DNA from: an uncultured Pelagibacteraceae bacterium
GTDB taxonomy: Bacteria; Pseudomonadota; Alphaproteobacteria; Pelagibacterales; Pelagibacteraceae
Length of the DNA stretch: 64,000 nt
Assembly: GCA_902515205.1 (NCBI GenBank)
Contig: CABXTU010000002.1
Location: 1,443 to 65,442, forward strand
Reading direction: 5' to 3'
The notes under the pieces: model-generated
Databases searched by the model: none
Seen by the model: the letters and a program-made list of their open reading frames with translations, nothing else
Told to the model about the DNA's origin: nothing
Part shown: positions 19,712-29,463 of the stretch, piece by piece
Layout of the letters: every line of letters starts with the position of its first letter
Numbering within the stretch: position 1 is the stretch's first letter
Program-made: the position numbers and the translations under genes

Positions 19712-20581
19712 CTACTTTCTAAATCTTTTGATTAAGCTTGAAGTATCCCAACGATTTCCACCCATACCCTGAACCTCACCGTAGTACTTATCTACTAACT
19801 CAGTTACAGGTAATAGTGAACCATTATTTTTAGCTTCTTCCATTGCAATCTTAAGATCTTTTCTCATCCAATCTACTGCGAAACCAAAATCAAATTTGTC
19901 ATCAATCATAGTTTTGTATCTATTTTCCATCTGCCAGGATTGGGCAGCACCTTTTGAAATAACTTCAATAACATCTTCCATATTTAGTCCAGCCTTCATT
20001 CCAAAATTAATAGCTTCAGATAAACCTTGAACTAACCCAGCAATACAGATTTGATTTACCATCTTTGCAAGCTGTCCATTACCAGCACTTCCAAGTAGTT
20101 TCATTTTTTTACTATAACAATCAATTTTATCTTTTGCTTTGTCAAAGTCTGATTTATCTCCACCTATCATAACTGTCAAAGCTCCATTTTCTGCACCAGC
20201 TTGTCCACCAGATACAGGAGCATCTAAAGAACCAAAACCATTTTTTTTTGCATACTCATAAATTTCTCTGGCAATTGTTGCAGAGGCAGTTGTGTTATCT
20301 ACATAAACAGATCCTTTTTTAATTGTTTTAAAAACACCATTATCACCAAAAGTAACTTCTCTTAAATCATTATCATTTCCAACACAGGTAAAAATATATT
20401 TAGCATCTTTTGCAGCTTCAGCAGGTGTTACAGCTATTTTGCCTTTGTGTTCACTTACCCATTTTTCAGCTTTAGATTTAGTTCTATTAAAAACAGTTAC
20501 ATTGTGACCAGCTTTTGATATATAACCAGCCATTGGGTAGCCCATAACACCAAGACCTATGAAAGCAACATTACAAGTCAT
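19712..20581 (-). CDS. Beta-hydroxyacid dehydrogenase (3-hydroxyisobutyrate/tartronate semialdehyde reductase family)
   Basis: FIGLGVMGYPMA, DAPVSGGQAGA, KMVNQ, KDL. Confidence 0.9.
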   Translation of the reverse strand: MTCNVAFIGLGVMGYPMAGYISKAGHNVTVFNRTKSKAEKWVSEHKGKIAVTPAEAAKDAKYIFTCVGNDNDLREVTFGDNGVFKTIKKGSVYVDNTTASATIAREIYEYAKKNGFGSLDAPVSGGQAGAENGALTVMIGGDKSDFDKAKDKIDCYSKKMKLLGSAGNGQLAKMVNQICIAGLVQGLSEAINFGMKAGLNMEDVIEVISKGAAQSWQMENRYKTMIDDKFDFGFAVDWMRKDLKIAMEEAKNNGSLLPVTELVDKYYGEVQGMGGNRWDTSSLIKRFRK

Positions 20582-20593
20582 AATTTTTTTTAT

Positions 20594-21802
20594 ATGTTTA
20601 AGAGTTTAAATTTAAAAGTAATTATATTTGGTTTTATATTTACATTTTTTTCATGTTTTGGACAGAGTTTTTTTCTAGGCCTATTCAATTCAAGCATTCG
20701 TAATACGCTTTCTATTACACAGGGACAATTTGGATCAATTTATGCTGCTGCAACTTTGCTCAGTAGTTTTATTTTTATTTGGGTTGGAAAAAAAATAGAT
20801 GACATAGATATTTTCAAATTTGCTTTTTTTGTAACAATTCTTCTATCTTTTTCTAGTTTTTTCTTTTCAAAAATTTCATCTATAACCTTTTTGTTTATCG
20901 CAATATTTCTAATGAGACTTTCGGGACAAGGAATGATGTCTCATACTGCAACAACAACAATTACAAGATATTTTACAAAATCAAGGGGAAAAGCTCTTAG
21001 TACTTGCTGGTTTGGTTTATCAACAGCAGAATTTATTTTACCGGTTTTAATAGTATATTTATTGACCATAACTACTTGGCAAAATCTGTGGATCTCAATT
21101 TCGATCTTAATTTTGATTTTTTTACCAATTATTTCATTCTTGTTAATAAAAAATTTGAATTTTGAGTCAAGAGAAGATTATTCTGAAAATAAATTAAATA
21201 AAAAAAATATTAAACAGTGGAAAAGGATAGAAGTGCTTAAAGATTACAGGTTCTATATTGTTTGTTTAAATATGTTGGCTATGCCTTGGATAGCAACTGG
21301 TGTATTTGTTTATCAATCTTTCATAACAGAGTCTAAAGAATGGGGTACTTTTGTTATCGCCCAATCATTTATGGTTTATTCTGTTTTATCAGTAATTACT
21401 TTGTTAGCTTCAGGTTTTTTAATTGATAAATTTACAAGTAGAAAATTACTTATTTTTATGAATATTCCTTTATTATTATCAACTTTAGTTTTATTTAATT
21501 TTGATACTCCTTTATCGGCATTTATTTTTTTGGGATTAATAGGAGTCTCTAATGGACTTGCTAATGTGTTAGGTTCATCAACATGGGCTGAAATTTATGG
21601 AGTTAAATTTATAGGATCTATTAAGGCATTAACAACCGCTTTGATGGTATTTTCAACAGCATTTGGAACTGCTTTATTTGGCCTATTAATAGATAAAGGA
21701 TACTCTATTGAAGGAATTGCTTTAATATCTTTCGTTTATATCTTTATTTCAATTATCATGCTCTTTCTTGTGAAAAATAAGCTTAAACCTAAGTATATTT
21801 AA
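20594..21802 (+). CDS. MFS transporter
   Basis: 12 hydrophobic segments, GKKIDD and GFLIDKF loop motifs. Confidence 0.85.
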   Translation: MFKSLNLKVIIFGFIFTFFSCFGQSFFLGLFNSSIRNTLSITQGQFGSIYAAATLLSSFIFIWVGKKIDDIDIFKFAFFVTILLSFSSFFFSKISSITFLFIAIFLMRLSGQGMMSHTATTTITRYFTKSRGKALSTCWFGLSTAEFILPVLIVYLLTITTWQNLWISISILILIFLPIISFLLIKNLNFESREDYSENKLNKKNIKQWKRIEVLKDYRFYIVCLNMLAMPWIATGVFVYQSFITESKEWGTFVIAQSFMVYSVLSVITLLASGFLIDKFTSRKLLIFMNIPLLLSTLVLFNFDTPLSAFIFLGLIGVSNGLANVLGSSTWAEIYGVKFIGSIKALTTALMVFSTAFGTALFGLLIDKGYSIEGIALISFVYIFISIIMLFLVKNKLKPKYI

Positions 21803-21845
21803 AAATCTCCTTGATTTTTTTATTTTCACTGTATAGATACTGCGC

Positions 21846-22382
21846 ATGGCTAGAGTAACAGTTGAAGATTGTATAGAAAAAGTAGATAGTCCCTACGAAT
21901 TAGTTTTAGTTGCAAAAGAAAGAGCGACCCAATTAAACTCGGGTACTGAACCTACTCTCGATAAAGAAAATGATAAGAATACTGTAATATCATTAAGAGA
22001 GATTGCAGAGGAAAATATTAAAGTTTCAGATTTAACTGAAAGTGCCATTTACAAATTAAGGAAACATGTTGAGCAAGTTGATGACAACCCTGAAGATTAT
22101 GAGGATGTAGGTGATGATTTTGAAAGTCTCTACAAAGGAGAAATTTCTAAAAGTGGAGCACCAATTTTACCCTCTAAAAGAGCAAGAAGAGCTCCTGAAA
22201 AAATTCAAATTTCAAAAGATGATTTAGCGGAATTATCAGAAACAGCAAAGCCAGAAATAGATGTTCAAGCTAATGAAGAAAATACAAATGATCAAGATGA
22301 GGTTTCATTAGATGAAGTTGTTGAGTCGGAAGAACAAACAACTAAACAAAACCCTGATGACACAGAGCCTACAAACTCATAA
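21846..22382 (+). CDS. rpoZ: RNA polymerase omega subunit with long acidic C-terminal tail
   Basis: MARVTVEDC...[11 protein letters not shown]...[12 protein letters not shown]. Confidence 0.93.
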   Translation: MARVTVEDCIEKVDSPYELVLVAKERATQLNSGTEPTLDKENDKNTVISLREIAEENIKVSDLTESAIYKLRKHVEQVDDNPEDYEDVGDDFESLYKGEISKSGAPILPSKRARRAPEKIQISKDDLAELSETAKPEIDVQANEENTNDQDEVSLDEVVESEEQTTKQNPDDTEPTNS

Positions 22383-22398
22383 CAAAATCTAATTTTTT

Positions 22399-23349
22399 TT
22401 ATCTTATTGGGTTATCGCTTACAATAAGTTGTTCATTAACTTTTTCTCTTAAATAGATATATATTCCAGCAAAAATGATTATTATTGCACCAAACAATGT
22501 CCTTATTGAAGGAATATTATCAAATAATATATATCCAATTAAAATTGCCCATATTATCAACGAATATTCAAACAATGACACCACTGAAGGAGAAGCAATG
22601 CTATAAGCATTTAAAATAAAATAGAATGCTAAGACACTTATTAAACCCATACTAATGATAAATGGCCAAGCATAAGAAGGATTAGTAAACCATTCCCTAA
22701 AAATAAATTGAAAAGTAGGATCATTAAAATTATCAAATTGACCTTTTCCTGTAAAAATAAAAAATAATATACTTATAATTATTGCTCCAATGTATAAGTG
22801 CAACATTTGAGTATACACATTATCTTTATCAGACGTAATTTTCGTAATCGTCATTGATATCGCATAGCAAAGCGCACAGGCTATAGGTGCCAATTTCATA
22901 TAATTAAAATTACTAAAGTCAGGATTTAAGACAATATACACGCCAATAAAACCAGTAATAATAGCAGACCACCTTCTAATACCAATTTTTTCTTTTAAAA
23001 AAATTATTGCAAGAATCGAAACAAAGAATGGACAACAAAAAAATAACGCATTTGCTGTTGCAAGTGTCATGTATGTTAATGAAATATAAAAAAAACTAAA
23101 TCCAAAAAAAAAACAAATAACTCTTATAGTTGTCAATAAAGGATAGTGAGTTTTAAGATAAATTTTTTTATTTGATAATTTAAGATAACTAATTAAAAGT
23201 ATTATTGCTGCTAAAGTTCTACCAAAGTAAAGTTCGTATAATGCTGCATCATTATAGATAAATTTTATTAAAGCGTCTTGAATTGAAAACGTTGCCATGC
23301 CTAGTAATATAAATATTATTCCTTTAGTGTTGTCCTGAACTTTGTTCAT
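22399..23349 (-). CDS. DMT/EamA family transporter
   Basis: LKEKIGIRRW, LFEYS, GYILFD. Confidence 0.85.
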   Translation of the reverse strand: MNKVQDNTKGIIFILLGMATFSIQDALIKFIYNDAALYELYFGRTLAAIILLISYLKLSNKKIYLKTHYPLLTTIRVICFFFGFSFFYISLTYMTLATANALFFCCPFFVSILAIIFLKEKIGIRRWSAIITGFIGVYIVLNPDFSNFNYMKLAPIACALCYAISMTITKITSDKDNVYTQMLHLYIGAIIISILFFIFTGKGQFDNFNDPTFQFIFREWFTNPSYAWPFIISMGLISVLAFYFILNAYSIASPSVVSLFEYSLIIWAILIGYILFDNIPSIRTLFGAIIIIFAGIYIYLREKVNEQLIVSDNPIR

Positions 23350-24929
23350 GAGTTGAGAATAAAATCTGAAGCTCTTTCTCCAATCATCAAAGTAGGAGCA
23401 TTAAGGTTACCACTTGTTATTTCAGGCATTATGGAAGCATCGGCAACTCTAATGTTCTCTAATCCATAAATTTTTAATTTTTCATCGACAACCGACATAT
23501 CATCTATACCCATTTTCAGAGTACATGATGGATGATACGCAGTTTCAGCTTTTGATCTAATGTACTCGATAATATCACTGTCTGCTTCAGCATTTTCTCC
23601 AGGACCAATTTCTTTACCCGCAAAGGGTTTCATTGAATTTTGACTTAATATTTTTCTTGCTACCTTTACACATTTAACAGTCTCATTTAAATCGTACTCT
23701 TTCTCTAAATAATTAAATTGAATTTTAGGATAATCATAAGGATTAGCACTTTTAAGAGCTATATAACCTCTACTTTTTGGTTGATTTAAACTTGCATGAA
23801 GTTGATAACCATGTCTGTCGGGATCTTCATTTCCATGATCTATTACAAAGGCAGGAAAAAAATGAAATTGTATGTTTGGATATTTCTTATCATCTGATGA
23901 TTTACAAAATCCTCCCGCTTCCAAAAAAGAAGTTGCACATGGGCCACTTTTATTTAAAAACCATTGAATACCTATCTTTAGCATGCTTAGTTTATTAACA
24001 TATGAGTATAGAGTATCCCGCGTTTTACATTCCTGTTGAATATAAGTTTCTAAATGATCTTGAAGGTTCTTTCCAACTCCTTTTAGATTATGAATTACTT
24101 TTATACCTTTTTCTTTTAAATGATCTGCAGGTCCTATTCCAGAAATCATCAGTAAATGGGGTGAATTTATTGAGCCACCACTAAGTATGATTTCTTTATT
24201 TGCATAAATCTTTTCAATTTTATCTTTAATCTTAACTTCAATACCAATTGCTTTTTTTCCATCAAAAATTATTTTTTCTACAAAAGAATTTGTAAAAACT
24301 TTTAAGTTATCTCTTTTTTTTGCTGGATTTAAATAATATTTAGATGCACTTGCTCTTTCTCCTTTGTGAATTGTGACATCATACATACCAAATCCTTCTT
24401 GGTCTTCACCATTCATATCATCATTTAGTTTATATCCTGCTTCTTTAGCAGAATTTAAAAAAGCTCTAAATAAAGGATTTTTATTTTTGGATTGATTAAT
24501 TGGAAGTATACCATTGCCACCTCTAAATTCATTTTCGCCCTCTGACCAGGTTTCAATTTTTTTAAAAAAAGGTAAAACCTTTTCATAACTCCAATTTTTT
24601 AATCCAAATGATGCCCATCTTTCATAATCATTTTTATTCCCTCTAACATAAACCATTCCATTATGTGCTGAGCACCCACCAACCATTTTTCCTCTAGGAC
24701 AAAATAATTTTCGGTTATTTAGGTAAGGCTCAGGTTCTGTATAATATTTGTAATTATATTTTGGATCGTGCATTGCATAAAGGATAGCAAGCGGCATGTT
24801 TACTTTCCAAATATCGCTTTCTTTACCTGCCTCAAAAATAGCAACTGTATTTTGGTTTTTTTCTGATAATCTGTTTGCGATAACACTTCCAGCTGTACCT
24901 GCTCCAATAATTAAATAATCAAATTTCAA
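23346..24929 (-). CDS. betA: Choline dehydrogenase-like GMC oxidoreductase
   Basis: TTG start; IIGAGTAG, PRGKMVGGCS.HNGMVYVRG, GKNLQDHLETYIQ, ETAYHPSCT, GNLNAPT. Confidence 0.8.
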   Translation of the reverse strand: MKFDYLIIGAGTAGSVIANRLSEKNQNTVAIFEAGKESDIWKVNMPLAILYAMHDPKYNYKYYTEPEPYLNNRKLFCPRGKMVGGCSAHNGMVYVRGNKNDYERWASFGLKNWSYEKVLPFFKKIETWSEGENEFRGGNGILPINQSKNKNPLFRAFLNSAKEAGYKLNDDMNGEDQEGFGMYDVTIHKGERASASKYYLNPAKKRDNLKVFTNSFVEKIIFDGKKAIGIEVKIKDKIEKIYANKEIILSGGSINSPHLLMISGIGPADHLKEKGIKVIHNLKGVGKNLQDHLETYIQQECKTRDTLYSYVNKLSMLKIGIQWFLNKSGPCATSFLEAGGFCKSSDDKKYPNIQFHFFPAFVIDHGNEDPDRHGYQLHASLNQPKSRGYIALKSANPYDYPKIQFNYLEKEYDLNETVKCVKVARKILSQNSMKPFAGKEIGPGENAEADSDIIEYIRSKAETAYHPSCTLKMGIDDMSVVDEKLKIYGLENIRVADASIMPEITSGNLNAPTLMIGERASDFILNS

Positions 24930-24939
24930 GGTAATAATT

Positions 24940-25767
24940 TTATTTTGGGTGATCGCCCTCTATTGCAATTCTATCCATTACTCTCTCATAACCTAAGCCT
25001 CTGCCAGGAAAGAAATCACTCAGACCTTGATGAAGAAGAGATCTGTTATCCCAAATTGCAACAGCGTTTTCTGTCCATTTTATTCTACAAGTAAAGTCTA
25101 ATCTTTCTTGATGTTTAAAGATTTTTTTTAGTGTCTCATTACTCTCTTTTTCATTCATATTTAATATTTTTTTTGTGTACATTGAATTTACAAATAGAAT
25201 TTTATTACCTGTTTCAGGATGCACTCTTACGACAGGATGAATATTTGAATATTCCTTTAGATTACCATTACCTTCCATCTTTTTATAACTTTCAGTAAAT
25301 GCTGCTGCACCCAACGAGCTATGTATTGCTTTTTTATCTTTTATTTTATTTTTAATTTCATCGTCTAAAGTTGCATATGCTAATTCCATATTTGAAAACA
25401 TTGTATCTCCCCCGACAGGTGGAATTTTATGTGATCTTAATATAATTACTTTTGTAGGCTTTGGATTATAACTGACATCAGTATGCCAACCTTCACCCCA
25501 TTGATGTTTCTCATCTGATGCTTTAATTATCCTTAAAATTTCAGGATAATTTTCTCGAGCTTTAACATATACATGTTTCTCAAGAGGACCAAAGTGTTTC
25601 GCTAATTGCATGTGTTCATCAGAAGAAATGTCCTGATTTCTAAAAAAAACTACTTTATGTTCTAGCATTAAAGAATTCACTTTCTCCCAATTTTCTTTCG
25701 AAGTGTTTTTAAGATCAATACCATTAACTTCTGCTCCTAATGCGCCTGAAAGTAAATTTATTTCCAT
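24940..25767 (-). CDS. TauD/AtsK-type Fe(II)/2-oxoglutarate dioxygenase
   Basis: GALGAEV, WHTDVSY, GGDT, HPVVRVHPETG, WDNRSLLH; likely start ATG 25767. Confidence 0.9.
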   Translation of the reverse strand: MEINLLSGALGAEVNGIDLKNTSKENWEKVNSLMLEHKVVFFRNQDISSDEHMQLAKHFGPLEKHVYVKARENYPEILRIIKASDEKHQWGEGWHTDVSYNPKPTKVIILRSHKIPPVGGDTMFSNMELAYATLDDEIKNKIKDKKAIHSSLGAAAFTESYKKMEGNGNLKEYSNIHPVVRVHPETGNKILFVNSMYTKKILNMNEKESNETLKKIFKHQERLDFTCRIKWTENAVAIWDNRSLLHQGLSDFFPGRGLGYERVMDRIAIEGDHPK

Positions 25768-25842
25768 AATAAAAGAATACAATTTGGTATAAAATTTGTC
25801 ATTATATTTTAGCTTTTTTATTTTTATCTTCGCTTAAAATAA

Positions 25843-26700
25843 TCATTTATTTATTTTATCTGCAATTAATATTTTTCTTTGCATTTCTCTCAGCACAGGT
25901 TTTTCAATTAGTTTACCATCAATTACAACTAATCCTGTGTTTGATGAATTAAATTGATCTACAATTTTTTTAGCTTTATCAATTTCATCTTTGGAGGGTG
26001 TAAAAATTTCATTTAAAATATTTATTTGTTTTGGGTGAATAGATCCTTTTCCAGTAAATCCCAAGTCTCTAACAAGCTCTGACTCTTTTTTCATACCATT
26101 CATATCCTCTAAATCTAAATAAGGAACATCTATAACATCTAATCCAGCACTAGCACCAGCGTGCACTAATTTAGATCTTGCGTAGATCAAATTTTGATAA
26201 TTATTTGGAACTCTAAGCTCAGCTGCCATATCAACTCCTCCAAAGTATAGAGCTACTATTCTTTTACTAGAATGAGCAATATTATATATATTTTCTAGAG
26301 CTTCATTTGTTTCCATTATAACATGAAGATCAGTATCTAAATCACAATCAGTCAGTAGATCATCTATATAAGTGATCTCATCAGGCGTTTTAACCTTTGG
26401 TAACATTAAAGCTTTAATTTTTAGTTTACTTGAAATAAATGCTTCTAAATCTAAGAGCCCAAATTTTGTTCTTTGACAATTTATTCTTATAACCAATTCT
26501 ACATCATCTTTAACCTCAAGTGTCTTTAAAGCATTTATTGTATTTTTCCGAGCTTGATCTTTATCTTTAATAGCTATTCCATCTTCCAGCTCTATACAAA
26601 CCATATCAGCACCTGATGTTAAAGCTTTTGGAAACATATCTGGGTTAAGACCCGGTGTGAATATAAAACTCCGTCTAACCTTAATTTTATTTAAATCCAT
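25843..26700 (-). CDS. CitE/Mcl-family CoA-ester lyase (citramalyl/malyl-CoA lyase-like)
   Basis: RRSFIFTPG, ELEDG, IRIN, METNE, FGGVD, GKGSIHPKQ. Confidence 0.85.
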   Translation of the reverse strand: MDLNKIKVRRSFIFTPGLNPDMFPKALTSGADMVCIELEDGIAIKDKDQARKNTINALKTLEVKDDVELVIRINCQRTKFGLLDLEAFISSKLKIKALMLPKVKTPDEITYIDDLLTDCDLDTDLHVIMETNEALENIYNIAHSSKRIVALYFGGVDMAAELRVPNNYQNLIYARSKLVHAGASAGLDVIDVPYLDLEDMNGMKKESELVRDLGFTGKGSIHPKQINILNEIFTPSKDEIDKAKKIVDQFNSSNTGLVVIDGKLIEKPVLREMQRKILIADKINK

Positions 26701-26756
26701 TTAAATATTATATCCTATTATTTAAAATGATATGATAATATAATTTTTAAAAAAAA

Positions 26757-27641
26757 ATGAACAATAAAGTATTTATTTCATGTGCTATTACAGGTTCAGG
26801 TGATACCGCTAGTAAACATCCGGACTTACCAAAAACCCCAGAACAAATAGCAAAAGCTTCAATTGAAGCAGCCAAAGCTGGAGCAGCAATAGCACACATT
26901 CACGTTAGGGAAGTGGACGGTACCCCTAGTAGAAGACTAGAACTTTATAAAGAGGTAGTAGATAGAGTTAGATCATCCGATACAGATGTTGTACTAAATC
27001 TTACAACGGGCATGGGTGGAGATTTAGATATTGGAGAAAAAAATCCTCTAGAGTTTGGACCTTTAACTGATATGGCCAATGTTATGGAAAGAATTTCAAA
27101 TGCAGAACAGTTTCTACCAGAAATATGTACACTAGATTGTGGAACTTTAAACTTTGGTGATGGTTCTGTAATAACGGTAAATACACCAAGAGATCTCCGT
27201 AGAGCAGCAAAAAAGTTAAAAGAAATAAAAGTAAAACCAGAGATCGAAGCGTTTGATCTTGGCAACATGTGGTTTGGTGCACAACTATATAATGAGGGTT
27301 TATTGAGTGACCCTCCAATGTTTCAGATGTGTTTAGGAATACCCTGGGGAGCACCCGCAACACCATTAGCTATGCAAGCAATGAAAGATATAATGCCTAA
27401 AGAGGCAGTGTGGTCTGGATTTGCAATTTCAAGAAATGAAATGCCTTATGTTGCTCAAACAGTCATAATGGGCGGAAATCCGAGAGTAGGCTTAGAAGAT
27501 AATTTATATATATCAAAAGGTAAGCTTGCCACAAATCCTCAATTAGTTGATAAAGCTAGAAGAATTGTAGAGGATTTAGGAGCATCTATAATGACACCTA
27601 AAGAAACAAGAGAGAAATTAAAACTTGTAAAACACAAGTAA
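26757..27641 (+). CDS. Beta-keto acid cleavage enzyme (BKACE), CdhC-like 3-dehydrocarnitine cleavage enzyme
   Basis: SCAITG, AHIHVR, NLTTGMGGD, PEICTLDCGTLNF, RVGLED. Confidence 0.88.
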   Translation: MNNKVFISCAITGSGDTASKHPDLPKTPEQIAKASIEAAKAGAAIAHIHVREVDGTPSRRLELYKEVVDRVRSSDTDVVLNLTTGMGGDLDIGEKNPLEFGPLTDMANVMERISNAEQFLPEICTLDCGTLNFGDGSVITVNTPRDLRRAAKKLKEIKVKPEIEAFDLGNMWFGAQLYNEGLLSDPPMFQMCLGIPWGAPATPLAMQAMKDIMPKEAVWSGFAISRNEMPYVAQTVIMGGNPRVGLEDNLYISKGKLATNPQLVDKARRIVEDLGASIMTPKETREKLKLVKHK

Positions 27642-28585
27642 TGTCAAAAATTAAAGATGTTGCTGTTATAGGGACAGGAGTTATAGGAACAGGTTGGATA
27701 ATCAGATGTTTGGCTCACGGAAAGAGAGTTAGAGCATATGATATAAATCTTAAAAATAAAGATGATTTAATAAAAGAAATTAAAAGAACAAAGCCTTTTA
27801 TAAAAAAGATTTATTCTAAAAATAAATTTAATCTAAGTAACTTGTTATTTTTCACAAAATTAGATGAAGCATTAGTAAATGCAGAGTTTATTTTTGAATG
27901 TGTACCAGAAAACTACAATATGAAAATTAAATTGATGAAGCAAATTGGTTTATTTTCAAAACCATCCAGCATTATATCCTCTAGCTCATCTGGTTTACTT
28001 CCTTCAAGAATATATTCAAAATGTAAAAATCCTCAAAGAGGCCTGATAGGGCATCCTTTTAATCCTGTTTACTTATTGCCAGGTATCGAAATAGTTCCAG
28101 GTAAAAAAACAAAAAAGGTTTTTATAAATAAAGCTAAAAAATTTTTCAAATCTTTATCAATGAGTCCCATTATGGTAAAAAAAGAATTACCAGGATATTT
28201 AGCAGATAGACTTCAGGAAGCTTTATGGAGAGAGGGATTACATATTATAAATGAAGGCCAAGCAAGTACAGAGGATTTAGATAGAGCTATTGAGGATGGC
28301 CCAGGTCTTAGATGGTCTTTGATGGGAACCTTTTTAACTTTTCATTTAGCTGGAGGAAAAGCTGGAATGAAACATATGCTTGAACAATTTGGACCTGCTT
28401 TAAAACTTCCATGGACAAAATTAAAATCTCCAATGTTAACAAAAAAACTTATCAATAGGTTAGTTTCTGGAACAAAAAAACAATCTAAAGGAAAATCAGT
28501 AGCCAAAATTTCAAATATTAGAGATGAATATTTAGTTGATTTACTTAAACTGAGAAAAAAATATGAAAATAAAATTAGAAATTAA
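27641..28585 (+). CDS. L-carnitine 3-dehydrogenase-like (CdhA/LcdH), no fused thioesterase
   Basis: GTGVIGTGW, SSSSGLLPS, GHPFNPVYLLP, DRLQEALWRE, GPGLRW, HMLEQFGPALKLPWTKL. Confidence 0.88.
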   Translation: MSKIKDVAVIGTGVIGTGWIIRCLAHGKRVRAYDINLKNKDDLIKEIKRTKPFIKKIYSKNKFNLSNLLFFTKLDEALVNAEFIFECVPENYNMKIKLMKQIGLFSKPSSIISSSSSGLLPSRIYSKCKNPQRGLIGHPFNPVYLLPGIEIVPGKKTKKVFINKAKKFFKSLSMSPIMVKKELPGYLADRLQEALWREGLHIINEGQASTEDLDRAIEDGPGLRWSLMGTFLTFHLAGGKAGMKHMLEQFGPALKLPWTKLKSPMLTKKLINRLVSGTKKQSKGKSVAKISNIRDEYLVDLLKLRKKYENKIRN

Positions 28586-29367
28586 TCCAGTCTAGTTGCA
28601 TTACCATCAACCCCTATCACTTGACCAGAGATCCTTCTGGCATCATCAGATATTAAAAAGCTACACATATATCCAATATCTTCCTCATAAACCCAACTAT
28701 TTATTGATGCCATGGAGATAAATTCTTTCTCAATAGATTTTTTTGAAATTTTCAAAAACCTTGCTTTATCTCTTATTACTCTAACCATACGATCACCTTT
28801 TATAGTTCCAGGACATATAGCATTAACTCTTATTTTAAATTTTCCTAGTTCCATTGCTAAGGTTTTAGTTATTCCTATGACAGCCCATTTACTTGCTGCA
28901 TAAGGTGATCTTAGAGGGAAACCCATTATACCTGCTCCTGAAGACATATTGATAATTGACCCTCCTTTATTTTTTTTTAACATTGGAATAGCAAGTTTTG
29001 TGAAATAAAAATGACTAATAACATTTATCTTGAGTGTCTTCTCCCAATGCATAGAGGACAACTTTTCAATTGTACCTGTTGGTCCTGCAACACCAACATT
29101 ATTTATTAAACAGTCTAACTTTTTAGTTTTTTTTGAAATTTTTTTAAATAGTTGAAATACATCACCTTCACTTGAAGCATCACAGTGATAAATAAATAGT
29201 TTTTTGTTAATTTGACTGTGTTTTTTAATTTTGCGTAAATACTTTTGTTCAATATCACATAAGAAAACAGTTGCACCTTTTCCTAAACAAAGCTTTGCAG
29301 TTGCCCAACCAATGCCAGAAGCTCCAGCTGATATTAAAATTTTTTTATTTTTTAAGGTATTATTCAT
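28582..29367 (-). CDS. Short-chain dehydrogenase/reductase
   Basis: SAGASGIG, NNVGVAGPTG, YAASKWA, VNAICPG; likely start ATG 29367. Confidence 0.9.
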   Translation of the reverse strand: MNNTLKNKKILISAGASGIGWATAKLCLGKGATVFLCDIEQKYLRKIKKHSQINKKLFIYHCDASSEGDVFQLFKKISKKTKKLDCLINNVGVAGPTGTIEKLSSMHWEKTLKINVISHFYFTKLAIPMLKKNKGGSIINMSSGAGIMGFPLRSPYAASKWAVIGITKTLAMELGKFKIRVNAICPGTIKGDRMVRVIRDKARFLKISKKSIEKEFISMASINSWVYEEDIGYMCSFLISDDARRISGQVIGVDGNATRLD

Positions 29368-29463
29368 CAAGGTATCAATTAAATATTGTATGAGAGTAAA
29401 AAACAAGAATATTATGACTAAAAAAATATTGAAAAACCTAAAAAAAATATTAAGAATTTAATA

